The notes under the pieces were generated by a model. It was not told the DNA's origin, searched no databases, and saw nothing but the letters and a program-made list of their open reading frames with translations. This document shows positions 1 through 11,142 of a DNA stretch of 64,000 nt, in pieces. The stretch lies in assembly GCA_044236265.1 (NCBI GenBank), contig JBIIGV010000002.1, positions 13,280 through 77,279 of the forward strand, written 5' to 3'. Origin of the DNA: Oligoflexales bacterium (GTDB lineage Bacteria; Bdellovibrionota_B; Oligoflexia; Oligoflexales; RGVZ01). Each line of letters starts with the position of its first letter. Positions within the stretch are counted from its first letter, which is position 1. The position numbers were made by a program, and so were the translations under genes.

Positions 1-2279
1 CCAAGACATGTTTTAAATATCCGGTTATCGCCTGGCTTAACTTTAGCAATCATTCTTAGGACAAGTTTATGCTCTCGTGCGATTTTTTGTGCAAGCTCCT
101 GACCGTCCTTCGTAAGCTGAATAAGATACCTAGGCTCGCCTTCTGCTAAAAGTTCACTCGCGTCTTTTACATCGAAGTCAATGCTGACCTTTTTTAGCAT
201 AATAGACGCAAGCATTTTCACAGCGGTAATGCCGAGCCCACCCTCTCCAACCTCGCGGACTGCCACTAATAAACCTGACTGTCTTAGTGAGTTCAAACAC
301 TCACTAAGCAAAATCTCATGAGACCAATTTATATTGTTTATCTTACCGAGGTCCGGGGCGATATTATGAACCTTAGCGCAAAGGCTTGCAGCCCACGAAA
401 GATCATCTTGCTCGGCTGATAACACATAAAGATTTAAATCTTGATCCTCATTGCACACTGCAGGCGTTGCAAGCCGCACGTCATTCATTCGGCCAACCAT
501 TCCGATCATCGGCGTCGGATGAATACTGACTGAACCGGTTGAGTTGTAAAGACTTACGTTGCCACTGACTACGGGAACATCGAGCTCACGGCAAGCCATT
601 GTAATGCCATCAACACTATCACTAAACTCTCGCATGACATCTGGAATTTCTGGGCTACCAAAATTCAGGCAATCTGTTATGGCAAGAGGCTGACCACCAG
701 CGGCCCAAATCTGCCGAGCACACTTCAAAACAGCTTCAGCAGAACCAACAAGTGGATTATTTTTAACGCGGCGCTCATTACATCCTGCCGTCATTACGGC
801 CCCTAGAAAAGGGACGTCTTTGGCCGCGTCGTCACGAAGCCACATAACAGCGGCACCTCCGTGCTCAGGACCCAAAACAGACCTGGCACCGATGTGCCGA
901 TCATACTGGCCGTAAAGTGTTTCCTTTGAGCCTGTATCGTGCAGGGCCTTTAAAAAAGTTTCGAGTGCAAATGAGGCGTCAGACTTTAGACGATCTTCAA
1001 GGATTTTTAGCTCGCTCGATTCCTCGTTATTTCTTTTTCGATCCGCCATCGGACGCTGATAAACTGGAGCCTCGTCTGTGAGTGGCGCCACAGGTAGATC
1101 AATTTCCAAATAGTTTTTATGAGAAATCTGCATACGACCGGTATCTGTTACCACACCAACAACAGCATGCGCCAACTGCCACTTCTGTAGAACCGCGGAA
1201 AGATCCTGCCAACGGCTCGGCTCAATCACCATCAGCATTCTTTCCTGACTTTCGGACAGAAGAATTTCGTAAGCATTCATATTAGCGGCGCGCACGGGAA
1301 TACGGTCTAAATCTATATAGACACCGTTACCAGCTCTTCCAGCCATCTCAAAGGAAGAAGACGTCAGTCCTGCAGCGCCCATATCTTGAATGCCTACGAC
1401 CAGGTTTTTTTCTAAGACCTCCAAAGTCGCTTCTAGCAAAAGCTTTTCAGCAAATGGATCGCCAACTTGAACGGTCGTTTCCTGCTTTACAGTTTGTGTA
1501 GCAAAAGAGTCCGATGCCATTGTGGCTCCGTGGATTCCATCGCGACCCGTAGCGCTACCAACGTAAACCACTAGATTACCAACACCGGAGGCAAATCCTT
1601 TAAATATTTTATCGTCATAGATCAAACCAACTGTCATTGCGTTGACGAGACAGTTTCCATTGTAGCTGTCGTCATAAGCAACGCTTCCACCGACTGTCGG
1701 AATTCCAACACAGTTACCGTAGTCTCCGATCCCTTTGACAACTCTGGGCACTAAATAGCTTGTACGAGGATGCTTGCGGCTTCCAAATCTCAGACAATTT
1801 AAATTTGCTATAGGGCGCGCGCCCATGCAGAACACGTCTCTCAGAATTCCACCAACACCGGTTGCGGCTCCTTGATACGGCTCGATGTAGCTTGGGTGGT
1901 TGTGGCTTTCCATCTTAAAAGCCAGACATAACTTGCCGTGTAGTCGCACCACTCCAGCATTTTCACCTGGTCCAACCACGACGCGCTCTCCCTTAGTTGG
2001 AAAGCGCTTTAAGTGATATCTTGAACTCTTGTAGCTACAATGCTCCGACCACATTGCGGAGAAAACACCGAGCTCTGCCAGAGTTGGTGGCTCTTTGGTG
2101 ATCGATAGGATGGTGCGAAACTCTTCTTCACTTATCTTATGCCGGGTTAGCAGAGACCGAAGCTCCACCTGGTTTTCTAGGTTTATTTTGCTAGGTCGAT
2201 TCATTTTGTGAGCAATACAGGCATGGTCCAAAGTGACGACTGCACCAGCATTATTGTCTCTACTGTTTAAACCAGACAT
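1..2279 (-). CDS. purL: Phosphoribosylformylglycinamidine synthase subunit PurL; 3' end runs off the window edge
   Basis: Not in the ORF track. Manual translation from ATG 2279 gives ELGVFSAMWSEHCSYKSS, ESHNHPS, GNVSLYN and HPTPMIGMVG; adjacent to purQ and purS. Confidence 0.96.
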   Translation of the reverse strand, partial: MSGLNSRDNNAGAVVTLDHACIAHKMNRPSKINLENQVELRSLLTRHKISEEEFRTILSITKEPPTLAELGVFSAMWSEHCSYKSSRYHLKRFPTKGERVVVGPGENAGVVRLHGKLCLAFKMESHNHPSYIEPYQGAATGVGGILRDVFCMGARPIANLNCLRFGSRKHPRTSYLVPRVVKGIGDYGNCVGIPTVGGSVAYDDSYNGNCLVNAMTVGLIYDDKIFKGFASGVGNLVVYVGSATGRDGIHGATMASDSFATQTVKQETTVQVGDPFAEKLLLEATLEVLEKNLVVGIQDMGAAGLTSSSFEMAGRAGNGVYIDLDRIPVRAANMNAYEILLSESQERMLMVIEPSRWQDLSAVLQKWQLAHAVVGVVTDTGRMQISHKNYLEIDLPVAPLTDEAPVYQRPMADRKRNNEESSELKILEDRLKSDASFALETFLKALHDTGSKETLYGQYDRHIGARSVLGPEHGGAAVMWLRDDAAKDVPFLGAVMTAGCNERRVKNNPLVGSAEAVLKCARQIWAAGGQPLAITDCLNFGSPEIPDVMREFSDSVDGITMACRELDVPVVSGNVSLYNSTGSVSIHPTPMIGMVGRMNDVRLATPAVCNEDQDLNLYVLSAEQDDLSWAASLCAKVHNIAPDLGKINNINWSHEILLSECLNSLRQSGLLVAVREVGEGGLGITAVKMLASIMLKKVSIDFDVKDASELLAEGEPRYLIQLTKDGQELAQKIAREHKLVLRMIAKVKPGDNRIFKTCL

Positions 2280-2299
2280 TTGAGAGCCTTTTTGTGAAT

Positions 2300-2986
2300 T
2301 TAAATCCGCTGAATAAACTCTTCCAGGACCACTAAACCATCATCACTTCCACCCATGATTTTGTCTGTTGCTCGTTCTGGATGCGGCATCAAGCCCAAAA
2401 CTTTTTTGTTTTGTGAAAACACTCCAGCAATATTTGCTACAGAACCGTTGGGATTTTGTGCATGACCAGTGACCCCATAATCATCGGAATACCTGAAGGC
2501 AACCAACCCGTCCCCCTCCAGACGAAGAAGTCCATCTTCATCGATCCAATATCGCCCTTCGCCATGTGCAATTGGCATTTTTAGAATTTTTTTATTGTGG
2601 TTAATTAGGGTCGTCTTCTTACAAATAAATGTTCGTGAATTGTTTTTGAGCAAGACCCCGGGTAGCAGACCAGTTTCAACTAATATTTGAAATCCATTAC
2701 ATATCCCAAGAACGGCGCCTCCTCGTTCCGCGAAACGTTTCACGTCATTCATTATGGGTGAATGTGCAGCCAAGGCCCCGGAGCGCAAGTAATCACCGAA
2801 GCTAAATCCTCCAGGTATAATAACTGCATCCAAAGACGGAAGCTCCGCCGCCTGATGCCACACAACCTCGACCTTAATTTTGAAATGTCGGCTTAAAGCA
2901 TCCGCGCAATCTGCGTCGCAGTTGGACCCCGGAAATTGCATGACACCTATGCGCGGAGTTCCAACGGGCGAGATGCGCTTATTCAT
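2300..2986 (-). CDS. purQ: FGAM synthase glutaminase subunit PurQ
   Basis: FPGSNCD, PGGFSFGDYLRSG, GICNGFQ, IAHGEG and MPHPER motifs. Confidence 0.97.
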   Translation of the reverse strand: MNKRISPVGTPRIGVMQFPGSNCDADCADALSRHFKIKVEVVWHQAAELPSLDAVIIPGGFSFGDYLRSGALAAHSPIMNDVKRFAERGGAVLGICNGFQILVETGLLPGVLLKNNSRTFICKKTTLINHNKKILKMPIAHGEGRYWIDEDGLLRLEGDGLVAFRYSDDYGVTGHAQNPNGSVANIAGVFSQNKKVLGLMPHPERATDKIMGGSDDGLVVLEEFIQRI

Positions 2987-3225
2987 GCATTTAGCCTCTT
3001 AATCGTAAATGTTTCAGAAACAGGGTTGGCAAGATAGCGGCTGGCAACATCATGCACGATTGACTCGGGTGCAGGTGTCTCGTGCGCGATGGAGACGACA
3101 TAGCGTTTTGCTACCGTCACAGAGTTAATTGCAGAGATGCCGTGGGTTTTCAAAGTTTCATGGATGGCCCGGCCCTCCGGGTCAAGAACTTCGGCCTTAA
3201 GCTGAACAAGAACCTCGTACTCCAT
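2983..3225 (-). CDS. purS: FGAM synthase subunit PurS
   Basis: LKAEVLDPEG and LANPVSE motifs. Start moved to ATG 3225, preceded by a GAAGGGGG RBS; 4-bp overlap with purQ. Confidence 0.92.
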   Translation of the reverse strand: MEYEVLVQLKAEVLDPEGRAIHETLKTHGISAINSVTVAKRYVVSIAHETPAPESIVHDVASRYLANPVSETFTIKRLNA

Positions 3226-3351
3226 TTGCCGACCCCCTTCATGTGGGATGTGCACTTTGACGATAGGCACTTATGTTCCATAGGCTATCATGTTGTCAAT
3301 GTCTGGACGGATGAAAATCGGCGTTGTTTCGAGGCTTAACAAAGATTTAAC

Positions 3352-3381
3352 AAAAGAAAAGGCGGGCAAGAAGCCCGCCTT
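3352..3381 (-). terminator. Rho-independent terminator of the sdh operon
   Basis: Minus strand AAGGCGGGC-TTCTT-GCCCGCCTT then TTCTTTT, just after the sdhB stop. Confidence 0.85.
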
Positions 3382-3384
3382 CAT

Positions 3385-4158
3385 TCATTCGCCGCCATGC
3401 CCCTCTTTGGGCGTCTCTTCTCTCACAGCCGCTCTAAAGTATTCTCGATTCATACGAGCAATATGCTCGACCGAGATTTCTTTTGGACAAGCAGCTTCGC
3501 ACTCGTATTGATTCGTACAGTTTCCAAAGCCTTCCTTTTTCATTTGATCAACCATAGCGAGAACCCTACGCTCTCGCTCAGGTTTACCTTGGGGTAAAAG
3601 GCTTAACTGACTAACTTTTGCTGACACAAAAAGCATTGGGGAGGCGTTCTTACATGCAGCCACACAAGCGCCACAGCCGATGCAAACTGCTGCGTCAAAT
3701 GCTTTATCAGCATCCTGCTTTGGAACTGGAATGCAATTGGCATCCTGAGGCGAGCCGGTGTTAACGCTTATAAAGCCACCGGCCTGCTGAATTCGGTCAA
3801 ATGCGCTGCGATCCACAACGAGATCTTTAAGCACTGGGAATGCTTTCGCGCGCCAAGGCTCGATGAAAATATTTTGTCCGCTCTTAAAGCTTCGCATGTG
3901 TAGCTGACATGATGTTGTCCCATACTCTGGGCCATGAGGCTCTCCGTTGATAACCAGCGAACAGCTTCCGCAAATTCCCTCACGACAATCGTGATCAAAC
4001 GCAATGGGCTCTTTCCCATTTTTTTGAAGGTCCTCATTGACTGTATCAAGCATTTCCAAAAACGAGGCGTTCTCACTAATGCCTTTAGCTTCGATAGTCT
4101 CCATTTTGCCGGCGTCTTTGGAATTTTTTTGGCGCCAAACGTGTAGTGTCAGGTCCAT
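3385..4158 (-). CDS. sdhB: Succinate dehydrogenase/fumarate reductase iron-sulfur subunit
   Basis: [20 protein letters not shown] and [12 protein letters not shown]e-S motifs. Confidence 0.96.
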   Translation of the reverse strand: MDLTLHVWRQKNSKDAGKMETIEAKGISENASFLEMLDTVNEDLQKNGKEPIAFDHDCREGICGSCSLVINGEPHGPEYGTTSCQLHMRSFKSGQNIFIEPWRAKAFPVLKDLVVDRSAFDRIQQAGGFISVNTGSPQDANCIPVPKQDADKAFDAAVCIGCGACVAACKNASPMLFVSAKVSQLSLLPQGKPERERRVLAMVDQMKKEGFGNCTNQYECEAACPKEISVEHIARMNREYFRAAVREETPKEGHGGE

Positions 4159-6071
4159 TATTTGTAACTCCTTGTTGCAAGCTTCACATTTTCAAAGACA
4201 AGTGGCTCCTTATGCACGGCCGACTTCTGACCCGTCCCTTTATGCTCCCAGACTCCCACGTAGCAGAACTGATCGTCGTTACGTTTGGCCTCGCCGTCTT
4301 CGGTTTGGTGCTCAGTCCGGAAGTGGCCACCGCAACTTTCTTCGCGGTGCAAGGCGTCACGACACATGAGTTCTCCGAACTCAAGGAAATCAGCCACACG
4401 TCCAGCTTTTTCAAGAGACTGGTTCAGTGACTCACCATCTCCAAGAACCTTAACTGACTGCCAGAACTCGTCGCGTAGCTTTGGAATCTTGACAAGCGCT
4501 TCCTCCAGCCCGACCTTGTCGCGCGCCATTCCACACTTATCCCACATGATCTTACCAAGCTCTCTATGAAAGCTATCGACCGTTCTTGATCCTTTAATGG
4601 AAAGAAATGCTTTGGTTCTCGAACGGACTTCGTTTTCGGCGTCTTTAAATGCCGCGTTTTCTACGGTTACTTTATCGAGCTTTTCTCCAGCGAAATAATT
4701 TGGCAGCGTGTACGGAATCACAAAGTACCCGTCAGCCAGCCCTTGCATTAAAGCGGATGCGCCAAGACGATTTGCGCCGTGATCGGAGAAGTTTGCCTCC
4801 CCCAAAACGAATAGCCCTGGAATGTTACTCATCAAGTTGTAGTCAACCCAGAGACCACCCATCGTATAGTGAACGGCCGGATAAATACGCATTGGGGTCT
4901 TGTATGGATTTTCCGCTGTAATTTTTTGATACATGTGAAACAGGTTGCCATACTTTTTCTTGATGCCATCTTCGCCAACCCGCTTGATAGAATCTGCGAA
5001 ATCAAGATAAACACCCAATCCTCCAGGACCAACGCCAAGCCCTGCGTCACATGCCTCTTTCGCCGATCTTGATGCGATGTCACGGGGGGCAAGGTTGCCA
5101 AAGCTCGGATACTTGCGCTCTAGGTAGTAGTCTCTTTCCTCTTCGGGAATTTGGTGCGCCGGGCGCGTATCGCCTTTTTTCTTTGGCACCCAAACGCGAC
5201 CATCATTTCTTAGAGACTCTGACATGAGTGTCAGCTTTGACTGATAATCACCACTCACCGGGATGCATGTTGGATGGATCTGCGTATAGCAAGGATTGGC
5301 AAAGCCTGCGCCCTTCTTGTGAGCGCGCCAGGTCGCCGTCACATTGCAGCCTTTTGCATTTGTAGACAGGAAAAACACATTGCCGTAACCGCCGGTTGCA
5401 AGAATAACGGCATGCGCTGCATGAGATGAAATCTCTCCTGTTACGAGATTTCTGACGACGATCCCGCGCGCCTTGCCATCTACCATGACCAGCTCAAGCA
5501 TCTCTGTTCTTGGATACATTTTAACTGAGCCACGGTTTATTTCACGGTTTAGAGCCGAATAGGCCCCGAGAAGCAGTTGCTGTCCAGTTTGACCGCGCGC
5601 ATAAAATGTTCGGCTCACCTGTGCTCCACCGAAAGAGCGATTATCAAGCAAACCACCGTAGTCGCGAGCAAACGGCACGCCTTGCGCAACACACTGATCG
5701 ATAATATTTCGACTCACCTCAGCAAGCCGGTGAACATTTGCTTCCCGCGCTCTGAAGTCGCCACCTTTGATGGTGTCGTAAAAAAGTCGTCGTACAGAGT
5801 CGCCGTCACCTTGATAATTTTTAGCCGCATTGATTCCACCCTGAGCCGCAATTGAATGAGCGCGCCTTGGACTATCCTGGAAGCAGAAGCATTTGACGTT
5901 ATAACCTAAACCACCAAGCGTTGCCGCCGCTGACGAACCAGCCAGCCCGCTACCAACGACAATGACATCGTATTTTCTACGGTTCGCCGGATTGACGAGC
6001 TTCATGTCAAACTTGTGTTTTTCCCATTTTCCTTCTAGCGGCCCTGACGGGATTTTCGAATCTAAATTCAT
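4158..6071 (-). CDS. sdhA: Succinate dehydrogenase/fumarate reductase flavoprotein subunit
   Basis: [20 protein letters not shown] (FAD-linked His), HYTMGG, HGANRLG and [10 protein letters not shown]. Confidence 0.97.
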   Translation of the reverse strand: MNLDSKIPSGPLEGKWEKHKFDMKLVNPANRRKYDVIVVGSGLAGSSAAATLGGLGYNVKCFCFQDSPRRAHSIAAQGGINAAKNYQGDGDSVRRLFYDTIKGGDFRAREANVHRLAEVSRNIIDQCVAQGVPFARDYGGLLDNRSFGGAQVSRTFYARGQTGQQLLLGAYSALNREINRGSVKMYPRTEMLELVMVDGKARGIVVRNLVTGEISSHAAHAVILATGGYGNVFFLSTNAKGCNVTATWRAHKKGAGFANPCYTQIHPTCIPVSGDYQSKLTLMSESLRNDGRVWVPKKKGDTRPAHQIPEEERDYYLERKYPSFGNLAPRDIASRSAKEACDAGLGVGPGGLGVYLDFADSIKRVGEDGIKKKYGNLFHMYQKITAENPYKTPMRIYPAVHYTMGGLWVDYNLMSNIPGLFVLGEANFSDHGANRLGASALMQGLADGYFVIPYTLPNYFAGEKLDKVTVENAAFKDAENEVRSRTKAFLSIKGSRTVDSFHRELGKIMWDKCGMARDKVGLEEALVKIPKLRDEFWQSVKVLGDGESLNQSLEKAGRVADFLEFGELMCRDALHREESCGGHFRTEHQTEDGEAKRNDDQFCYVGVWEHKGTGQKSAVHKEPLVFENVKLATRSYK

Positions 6072-6083
6072 GAGAGGCCTCCC

Positions 6084-6749
6084 TTATTTCACTAAGCCAG
6101 CTAGTACCGCCAGCGGAATGCTTGAAAAACCAACAAAGACAATGGTCGCTACGATGGGTCCTAATTTTTCCGTCATTGGGTTTAAATTTCCATGATAAAG
6201 ACCCAACGTTTGAAACACGCTGCTGACGCCGTGGCACAAGTGAAACGACAACGCCAACATTGCCAGGACATAAAATCCACTCACCGCTGGTGATGAAAAT
6301 CCAGCGATAACCATCGCATAAATATCTCCTTCAGGAAGAGATGCGAAACTAGGATCCGTCCAGCGAAATGTGTAATGAGCCAAATGAAAGGCGATAAACG
6401 CTGCCATCATTAAGCCCGTGTGAATCATATATCTCGATGCAAACGAGGCTTGTATTGTCGCCTCGTGCGCGTACTTAACAGGGCGTGCTGATCTGTTTTC
6501 AGCGGATAGTTTAACCGCCAGATAAACGTGCAACACAAATGCGCCTAAAAGACCAAGACGAGCCACCCACAACAGAGCGCCCAATGACTTCAGCCCTGCT
6601 GCATAGGCATTGAATTTTTCAGCCCCGGCAAAAATAAGCAAATTGCCAGAAAGGTGCGCAAGAACGAAACCCGTTAGCATGAGTCCGGTGACTGCCATAA
6701 GCATCTTCGCGCCGACGGATGAGTTGAAAAGCCTGTCACAAAGTTTCAT
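6084..6749 (-). CDS. sdhC: Succinate dehydrogenase cytochrome b (b558-family) subunit
   Basis: SSVGAK.LMAVTG...HLSGNL, about 5 TM helices with His ligands; directly upstream of sdhA. Confidence 0.93.
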   Translation of the reverse strand: MKLCDRLFNSSVGAKMLMAVTGLMLTGFVLAHLSGNLLIFAGAEKFNAYAAGLKSLGALLWVARLGLLGAFVLHVYLAVKLSAENRSARPVKYAHEATIQASFASRYMIHTGLMMAAFIAFHLAHYTFRWTDPSFASLPEGDIYAMVIAGFSSPAVSGFYVLAMLALSFHLCHGVSSVFQTLGLYHGNLNPMTEKLGPIVATIVFVGFSSIPLAVLAGLVK

Positions 6750-6783
6750 GACCCTCTCCTGAAAAGATAGATAACAGGGCTGT

Positions 6784-6812
6784 AGTTTAGCACAGCTTTG
6801 AACGGGCCTAAA
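6784..6812 (-). promoter_or_regulatory. Probable sigma70 extended -10 promoter for sdhCAB
   Basis: Minus strand TGc-TAAACT with a weak TTTAGG -35 at 17-bp spacing. Confidence 0.45.
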
Positions 6813-6815
6813 TCT

Positions 6816-9398
6816 TTATCCTACAAGGACTTTCCGCATTTTTTCCGGGTCAAAATATTTTGCAGCGGCCTGCCTAATAGTGGCAGCGTCCACACTCTCA
6901 ACGGACTGGGGATATTTCATAAAGTCATCCCAACCCTGACCGTAAAGTTCCATGAGCGCCATAGTCATTGACTGGGAGCTCGTCCGCTGCAAGCCAATCT
7001 CATGACTACCTAAAATATAGGCCTTTGCCCTGGTAATCTCTTCCTCTGTAGGGCCTTCTGTTGAAATTTTGCGCAACTCCCGCTTCAAACCATCAAGAGC
7101 CTGCTCTGTCTTGTCGTGACTGGTGGCAATGTAGGCCCCAATCATACCGCCAAGCACGCCCTGTGAATGCAGCGGGGAGACAGAGTAGGCTAAACTCTCC
7201 TTTTCCCTGAGGGAGCTGAAAAGCCGACCACCATGTCCACCCATAATGTTGGTCAACACGTCAATCGCTGCCCGGTATGGGTCCCCCCACTTAGGGCCGC
7301 TACCAGCCAGAGCAAGGTGCGCCTGCTCTTGGTTTCGCCTTGGCTTTAACGGCACGCCCAGCAAAGATAGATCTTCTGTAAGCGTAGCTGCAAAATCCCG
7401 ACGGGATTTTTTTGGTGAAAATCCAGCGAATGATTTTGTCATCACTCTTTCGACACGATCAACTGGGACACCACCTGCGATGGCTATGACCCATGGTCCT
7501 CGGTCGCGCCACGATTCAAAAAAGGTCTCTAACTTGGCAGCAGTAAAGTCTTTAACTGTGCGCTCAATGCCAGTCACAGGGAGTGCGTAGGGATGTTTCC
7601 CAAACACCTCCTGATGCAATCTGCGCATACATATCCATGACGCGCTGTCTTGCTGCAGTTTCAAAGATTCCAGTGTTTCCCTTCGATAGGCGTCCCACTG
7701 CTCTTCAGGAAACGACGGCTCAAGAATCGCGTGTGCAAGGCAATCGACCATCTCCTCCACTTGATCTTCAGTGCAATGCATCTCAAAGCCTACGCTGTCT
7801 TTGCCACTAAAGCCGCCCAAGACAGATCCAAGATCTTCGATACGCCCAGAAAAAATTTCAAATGGCTTTGTCTTTGTTGCAAGACCCAATAGCGTTGCCA
7901 AAGCATGGAAAATTCCGGCACTCGCCATGTCCTCACCACGAAGGCCTCCCTCAGTCGATGCGGACACACTAAACATTTTTGCACCATCAATATGACGGTA
8001 AATAACAGGAACGTCAGAGCCAACCGTAAATCGATGAACTGAGACGGCAGCATTGGCTGATGCCATCTTTGGCTTGGTCACTGCTTTTTTTTGCCCCTCG
8101 GCAACGCCTGCTCTGAATGTTTCCACCAGCCTCTGCTCGCTCGGAGCATGGGCTTTGTCGCAAAGAACAACAATCAATGCATCGTTGAAGTTCCAGTCTC
8201 TGCGCATAGCTGGAGGCAACTCATCCACCGGACTTTCGTTCAACAAACGCTCATAAACATCTTCAAACTTGTCTTTCATAGTAGTAGCAAGGCCGGACAC
8301 CAGGGCTCTGGCCACGCCGTCAACCGTTTCTTCTCTGTGAATTTTTCCAATCCTGGAAGCCGCTCTCGCTCGATCGACTTCCTGCTGAGTTGGTGGTTCT
8401 GAACTTGTTACTAGGGACAACTCCCGAGCGATTGCAAATGTTGCCGCCTCAAAATTAGAAGGCTCCAACGCAGCACTTACTTCAAATACGCCCTCAAACA
8501 CCGGCGTATAGGCCGAGGCACCAATAGCGTTGACGATTCCCTCTTTTTCTTTGAGCCGGCGCTGGAGCCTTGACACATCGCTTCCACCAAGGACATATGC
8601 GGCTAAATCAATTAGGGGACAGTCTGGTGAGTCCATCGGTGGAGCACCCAGAGCCACGTCCAAACGTGTTTGTTCAAAGTCACCAGTTATGACAATAGCT
8701 CGAACGTCGCCACTCTTTGCGCGGGAAAGACTGCGGTGCCGAGCAGGCCCGCAACTTATTTCTGGCAAATTTGCAGATACGTTCTGACCAAAATATTTTT
8801 TTGCATATTTTTGGGCGTCATCCTCTGGAAGATTGCCAACAACAACAAGCGACATGTTTTCCGGACGATACCACCGTCGCCAAAACCCAACGAGTGTGTC
8901 ACGAGAAAAGTGTTTAACCTCGTCAGAAAAACCAATAACAGGCCGACCAGCCTCTGTGCCTGCATACAGAGTGGAGAAAATCTTTCGCCCCATCTGTGCG
9001 CCTGGATCATCATTGCCACGCTTTATTTCCTCAAGAATTACGTCTCGTTCTCGCGCGAATTCAACCTCGTCAAACGAACTGTGAAAAATCGCGTCCGATA
9101 AAATATCAAATCCAAGCTCCGCCTGAGAGGACGGCATGGTCAGATAAAAAACGGTCTTATCAAAGGTGGTGTAGGCATTAATGTCTCCACCAGCGCCCTC
9201 CACGAGCGAGGCGATCTGTCCAACCCCTCTTCTCTGCGTTCCCTTAAAAAGCATGTGTTCAAGAAAATGGGCAACCCCTCTCTCGTTGGCGCGCTCATCG
9301 AGAGATCCAGCCCAAACAATGCACTGAATCGAGACAACATTGGCCCCCGCTCGCGGGCAGACTACATATTCGAGGCCATTAGCAAAACGATCGCGCAT
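6816..9398 (-). CDS. M16 family zinc metallopeptidase (insulinase/PqqL-like, two fused halves)
   Basis: GVAHFLEHMLFKGT (HxxEH), NAYTTFDKT and REKESLAY in the inactive C-terminal half. Confidence 0.92.
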   Translation of the reverse strand: MRDRFANGLEYVVCPRAGANVVSIQCIVWAGSLDERANERGVAHFLEHMLFKGTQRRGVGQIASLVEGAGGDINAYTTFDKTVFYLTMPSSQAELGFDILSDAIFHSSFDEVEFARERDVILEEIKRGNDDPGAQMGRKIFSTLYAGTEAGRPVIGFSDEVKHFSRDTLVGFWRRWYRPENMSLVVVGNLPEDDAQKYAKKYFGQNVSANLPEISCGPARHRSLSRAKSGDVRAIVITGDFEQTRLDVALGAPPMDSPDCPLIDLAAYVLGGSDVSRLQRRLKEKEGIVNAIGASAYTPVFEGVFEVSAALEPSNFEAATFAIARELSLVTSSEPPTQQEVDRARAASRIGKIHREETVDGVARALVSGLATTMKDKFEDVYERLLNESPVDELPPAMRRDWNFNDALIVVLCDKAHAPSEQRLVETFRAGVAEGQKKAVTKPKMASANAAVSVHRFTVGSDVPVIYRHIDGAKMFSVSASTEGGLRGEDMASAGIFHALATLLGLATKTKPFEIFSGRIEDLGSVLGGFSGKDSVGFEMHCTEDQVEEMVDCLAHAILEPSFPEEQWDAYRRETLESLKLQQDSASWICMRRLHQEVFGKHPYALPVTGIERTVKDFTAAKLETFFESWRDRGPWVIAIAGGVPVDRVERVMTKSFAGFSPKKSRRDFAATLTEDLSLLGVPLKPRRNQEQAHLALAGSGPKWGDPYRAAIDVLTNIMGGHGGRLFSSLREKESLAYSVSPLHSQGVLGGMIGAYIATSHDKTEQALDGLKRELRKISTEGPTEEEITRAKAYILGSHEIGLQRTSSQSMTMALMELYGQGWDDFMKYPQSVESVDAATIRQAAAKYFDPEKMRKVLVG

Positions 9399-9431
9399 AA
9401 TTAAACTTTCTCAAAAAATATCGCCAGATCA

Positions 9432-10448
9432 TTACATAGCGATCTCAAGGCCCAATGCTACAGCGTGATGAACGGATTCAACACTTGTATTCGGTCTCAT
9501 CGCTTGATAGCTGAAATTAAATTGCTGATTTACTAAGGACACGCCACCGGCGACTCTTGTTGCCGATTCTTTTCCCGTAACTTCTTGCCCAACAGAGGCA
9601 ATCAGACGAAGTAAATCGTAGACTTTAACCACGGCGCTACCGACTAATAAATTTTCTGGGACACTCTGAGAGTTTTCTGCAGTGCTGGCCATCGATAAAC
9701 CTGGCGCTGTGCCTTCGTAGACACTAACAGACTCGCGACGGCGATAATCTAGATTCAACGTGGCAATGTCTCCGAGAAAAAAACTAGCGCCCGCGCGGTA
9801 AAAGGTCGGGGCAGCGAATTGAATTTTTTTGTTGGCTAGATTTTCGGCCGAAATACCCACGCGCATTGCGCGAGATACCTGAGCAGCCAGACCAAGACCA
9901 AGCGTAAAACTCTTCACTGGCTTTGAATCGTCAGACAAAAGACTGTCTTCTGGTGGGCGTGCTTCCACATAACTTCCTGACGCGCCAAGAAATGCTTTGC
10001 CCACGGGCACAGCAAACGCAAGACTTCCCCTGCGCAGCACAGGTGAATCCATCGAAAGAGAGGTCTCCTCACTCCCCGCTCCTGTTGCCTTGGTGTCGAC
10101 TAAACCTTGGTATTGATCCATGGCACTTGTATAAAGCACACCGGCGGCTATGGAGCTTGTCTTCCCATCTACAACGCCTAGTTGATAGAAGTCCCGACCA
10201 GCTACGGGCCAATGATATGAGGCGTTTACAGAGTACTCACGGTCCATGCCAAGTACTGCCGGATTTGCGCGCACAGCGGAGACACCGCCTAATCCCGTCG
10301 CCACGGATCCACCAAAGGCAAGCGAATGGCCGCCCGTTGACTCATACTCTTCGGGAACCTTCGTGCTAGCTGCCATGGCAAACTTTGCGCCGAAAGCTGT
10401 GAGGAAAAAAATAAAACATATCGCTCGTCTTGGTCGATATTGAACCAT
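9432..10448 (-). CDS. Exported hypothetical protein, probable outer-membrane beta-barrel (FadL/PorV-like N-terminus)
   Basis: Signal peptide, GGHSLAFGGS...AVRANPAVL plug-like motif and alternating amphipathic beta strands. Confidence 0.6.
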   Translation of the reverse strand: MVQYRPRRAICFIFFLTAFGAKFAMAASTKVPEEYESTGGHSLAFGGSVATGLGGVSAVRANPAVLGMDREYSVNASYHWPVAGRDFYQLGVVDGKTSSIAAGVLYTSAMDQYQGLVDTKATGAGSEETSLSMDSPVLRRGSLAFAVPVGKAFLGASGSYVEARPPEDSLLSDDSKPVKSFTLGLGLAAQVSRAMRVGISAENLANKKIQFAAPTFYRAGASFFLGDIATLNLDYRRRESVSVYEGTAPGLSMASTAENSQSVPENLLVGSAVVKVYDLLRLIASVGQEVTGKESATRVAGGVSLVNQQFNFSYQAMRPNTSVESVHHAVALGLEIAM

Positions 10449-10582
10449 GAGTCACCCCTCTTCTTCCACGCTACGCTTTTGGTCAAAAAACTTTAAAATA
10501 CAAAGCCGTGCCGCGAACGTCTTTCAACATTCTAGCAAGATTGACGGTAAGGTTCACCTGACGCGCCGATGAATTAAGACTT

Positions 10583-10942
10583 TTACTCGGACTTAATGCC
10601 TGCAGCCTTCGGACTCTGTGATTCGATGGCACTTTTCAAAACTTTAATGACAGTGTCGCCCGCAACTTCAACGCTGACAAAGCTGTCCGCGACCGATTTC
10701 ACACGACCAATGATTCCGCCCGAGGTAATCACCTCGTCACCAGCCTTAAGACTTGCCAAAAAAGCCTGATGATCCTTAGCCCGGCGTTGCTGTGGTCGAA
10801 TCATAAAAAAGTACATTATCAATAGAAATCCCAATGGCATAACCAGCATCTCTAAAGTTGAAGGCCCCGGTTGACCCTGGGCTTGGGCGGCGGCCGCTGT
10901 GCTCATTAGAATCATTGCGAAAAAAGTTGCTAATCTGGACAT
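10583..10942 (-). CDS. yajC: Preprotein translocase subunit YajC
   Basis: YFFMIRPQQRR...LKAGDEVITSGGIIG motif. Confidence 0.95.
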   Translation of the reverse strand: MSRLATFFAMILMSTAAAAQAQGQPGPSTLEMLVMPLGFLLIMYFFMIRPQQRRAKDHQAFLASLKAGDEVITSGGIIGRVKSVADSFVSVEVAGDTVIKVLKSAIESQSPKAAGIKSE

Positions 10943-11142
10943 GGCTGAAATGTTACTCCCAAGGGTGACTAAGTATTTTTAGACCGGGCTCAAAACTACT
11001 GATGAGCGGGTGCAAGATCAATCCTAATGTGGCATAAAAAGCCTTAACCATAAGATTTTCCGTCCAGGCCAACATGTCTCCACGAAGGCAGGCGGCGGAA
11101 CTTAATTTGATTAGCAATCATTGCGGCGGTTTTATTAATTTC

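Noticed and set aside
10497..10513. Sigma54-like element CGGCACGGCTTTGTA upstream of the beta-barrel gene (minus strand)
   Set aside because: The -12 GC is absent and the spacing is off by one base.
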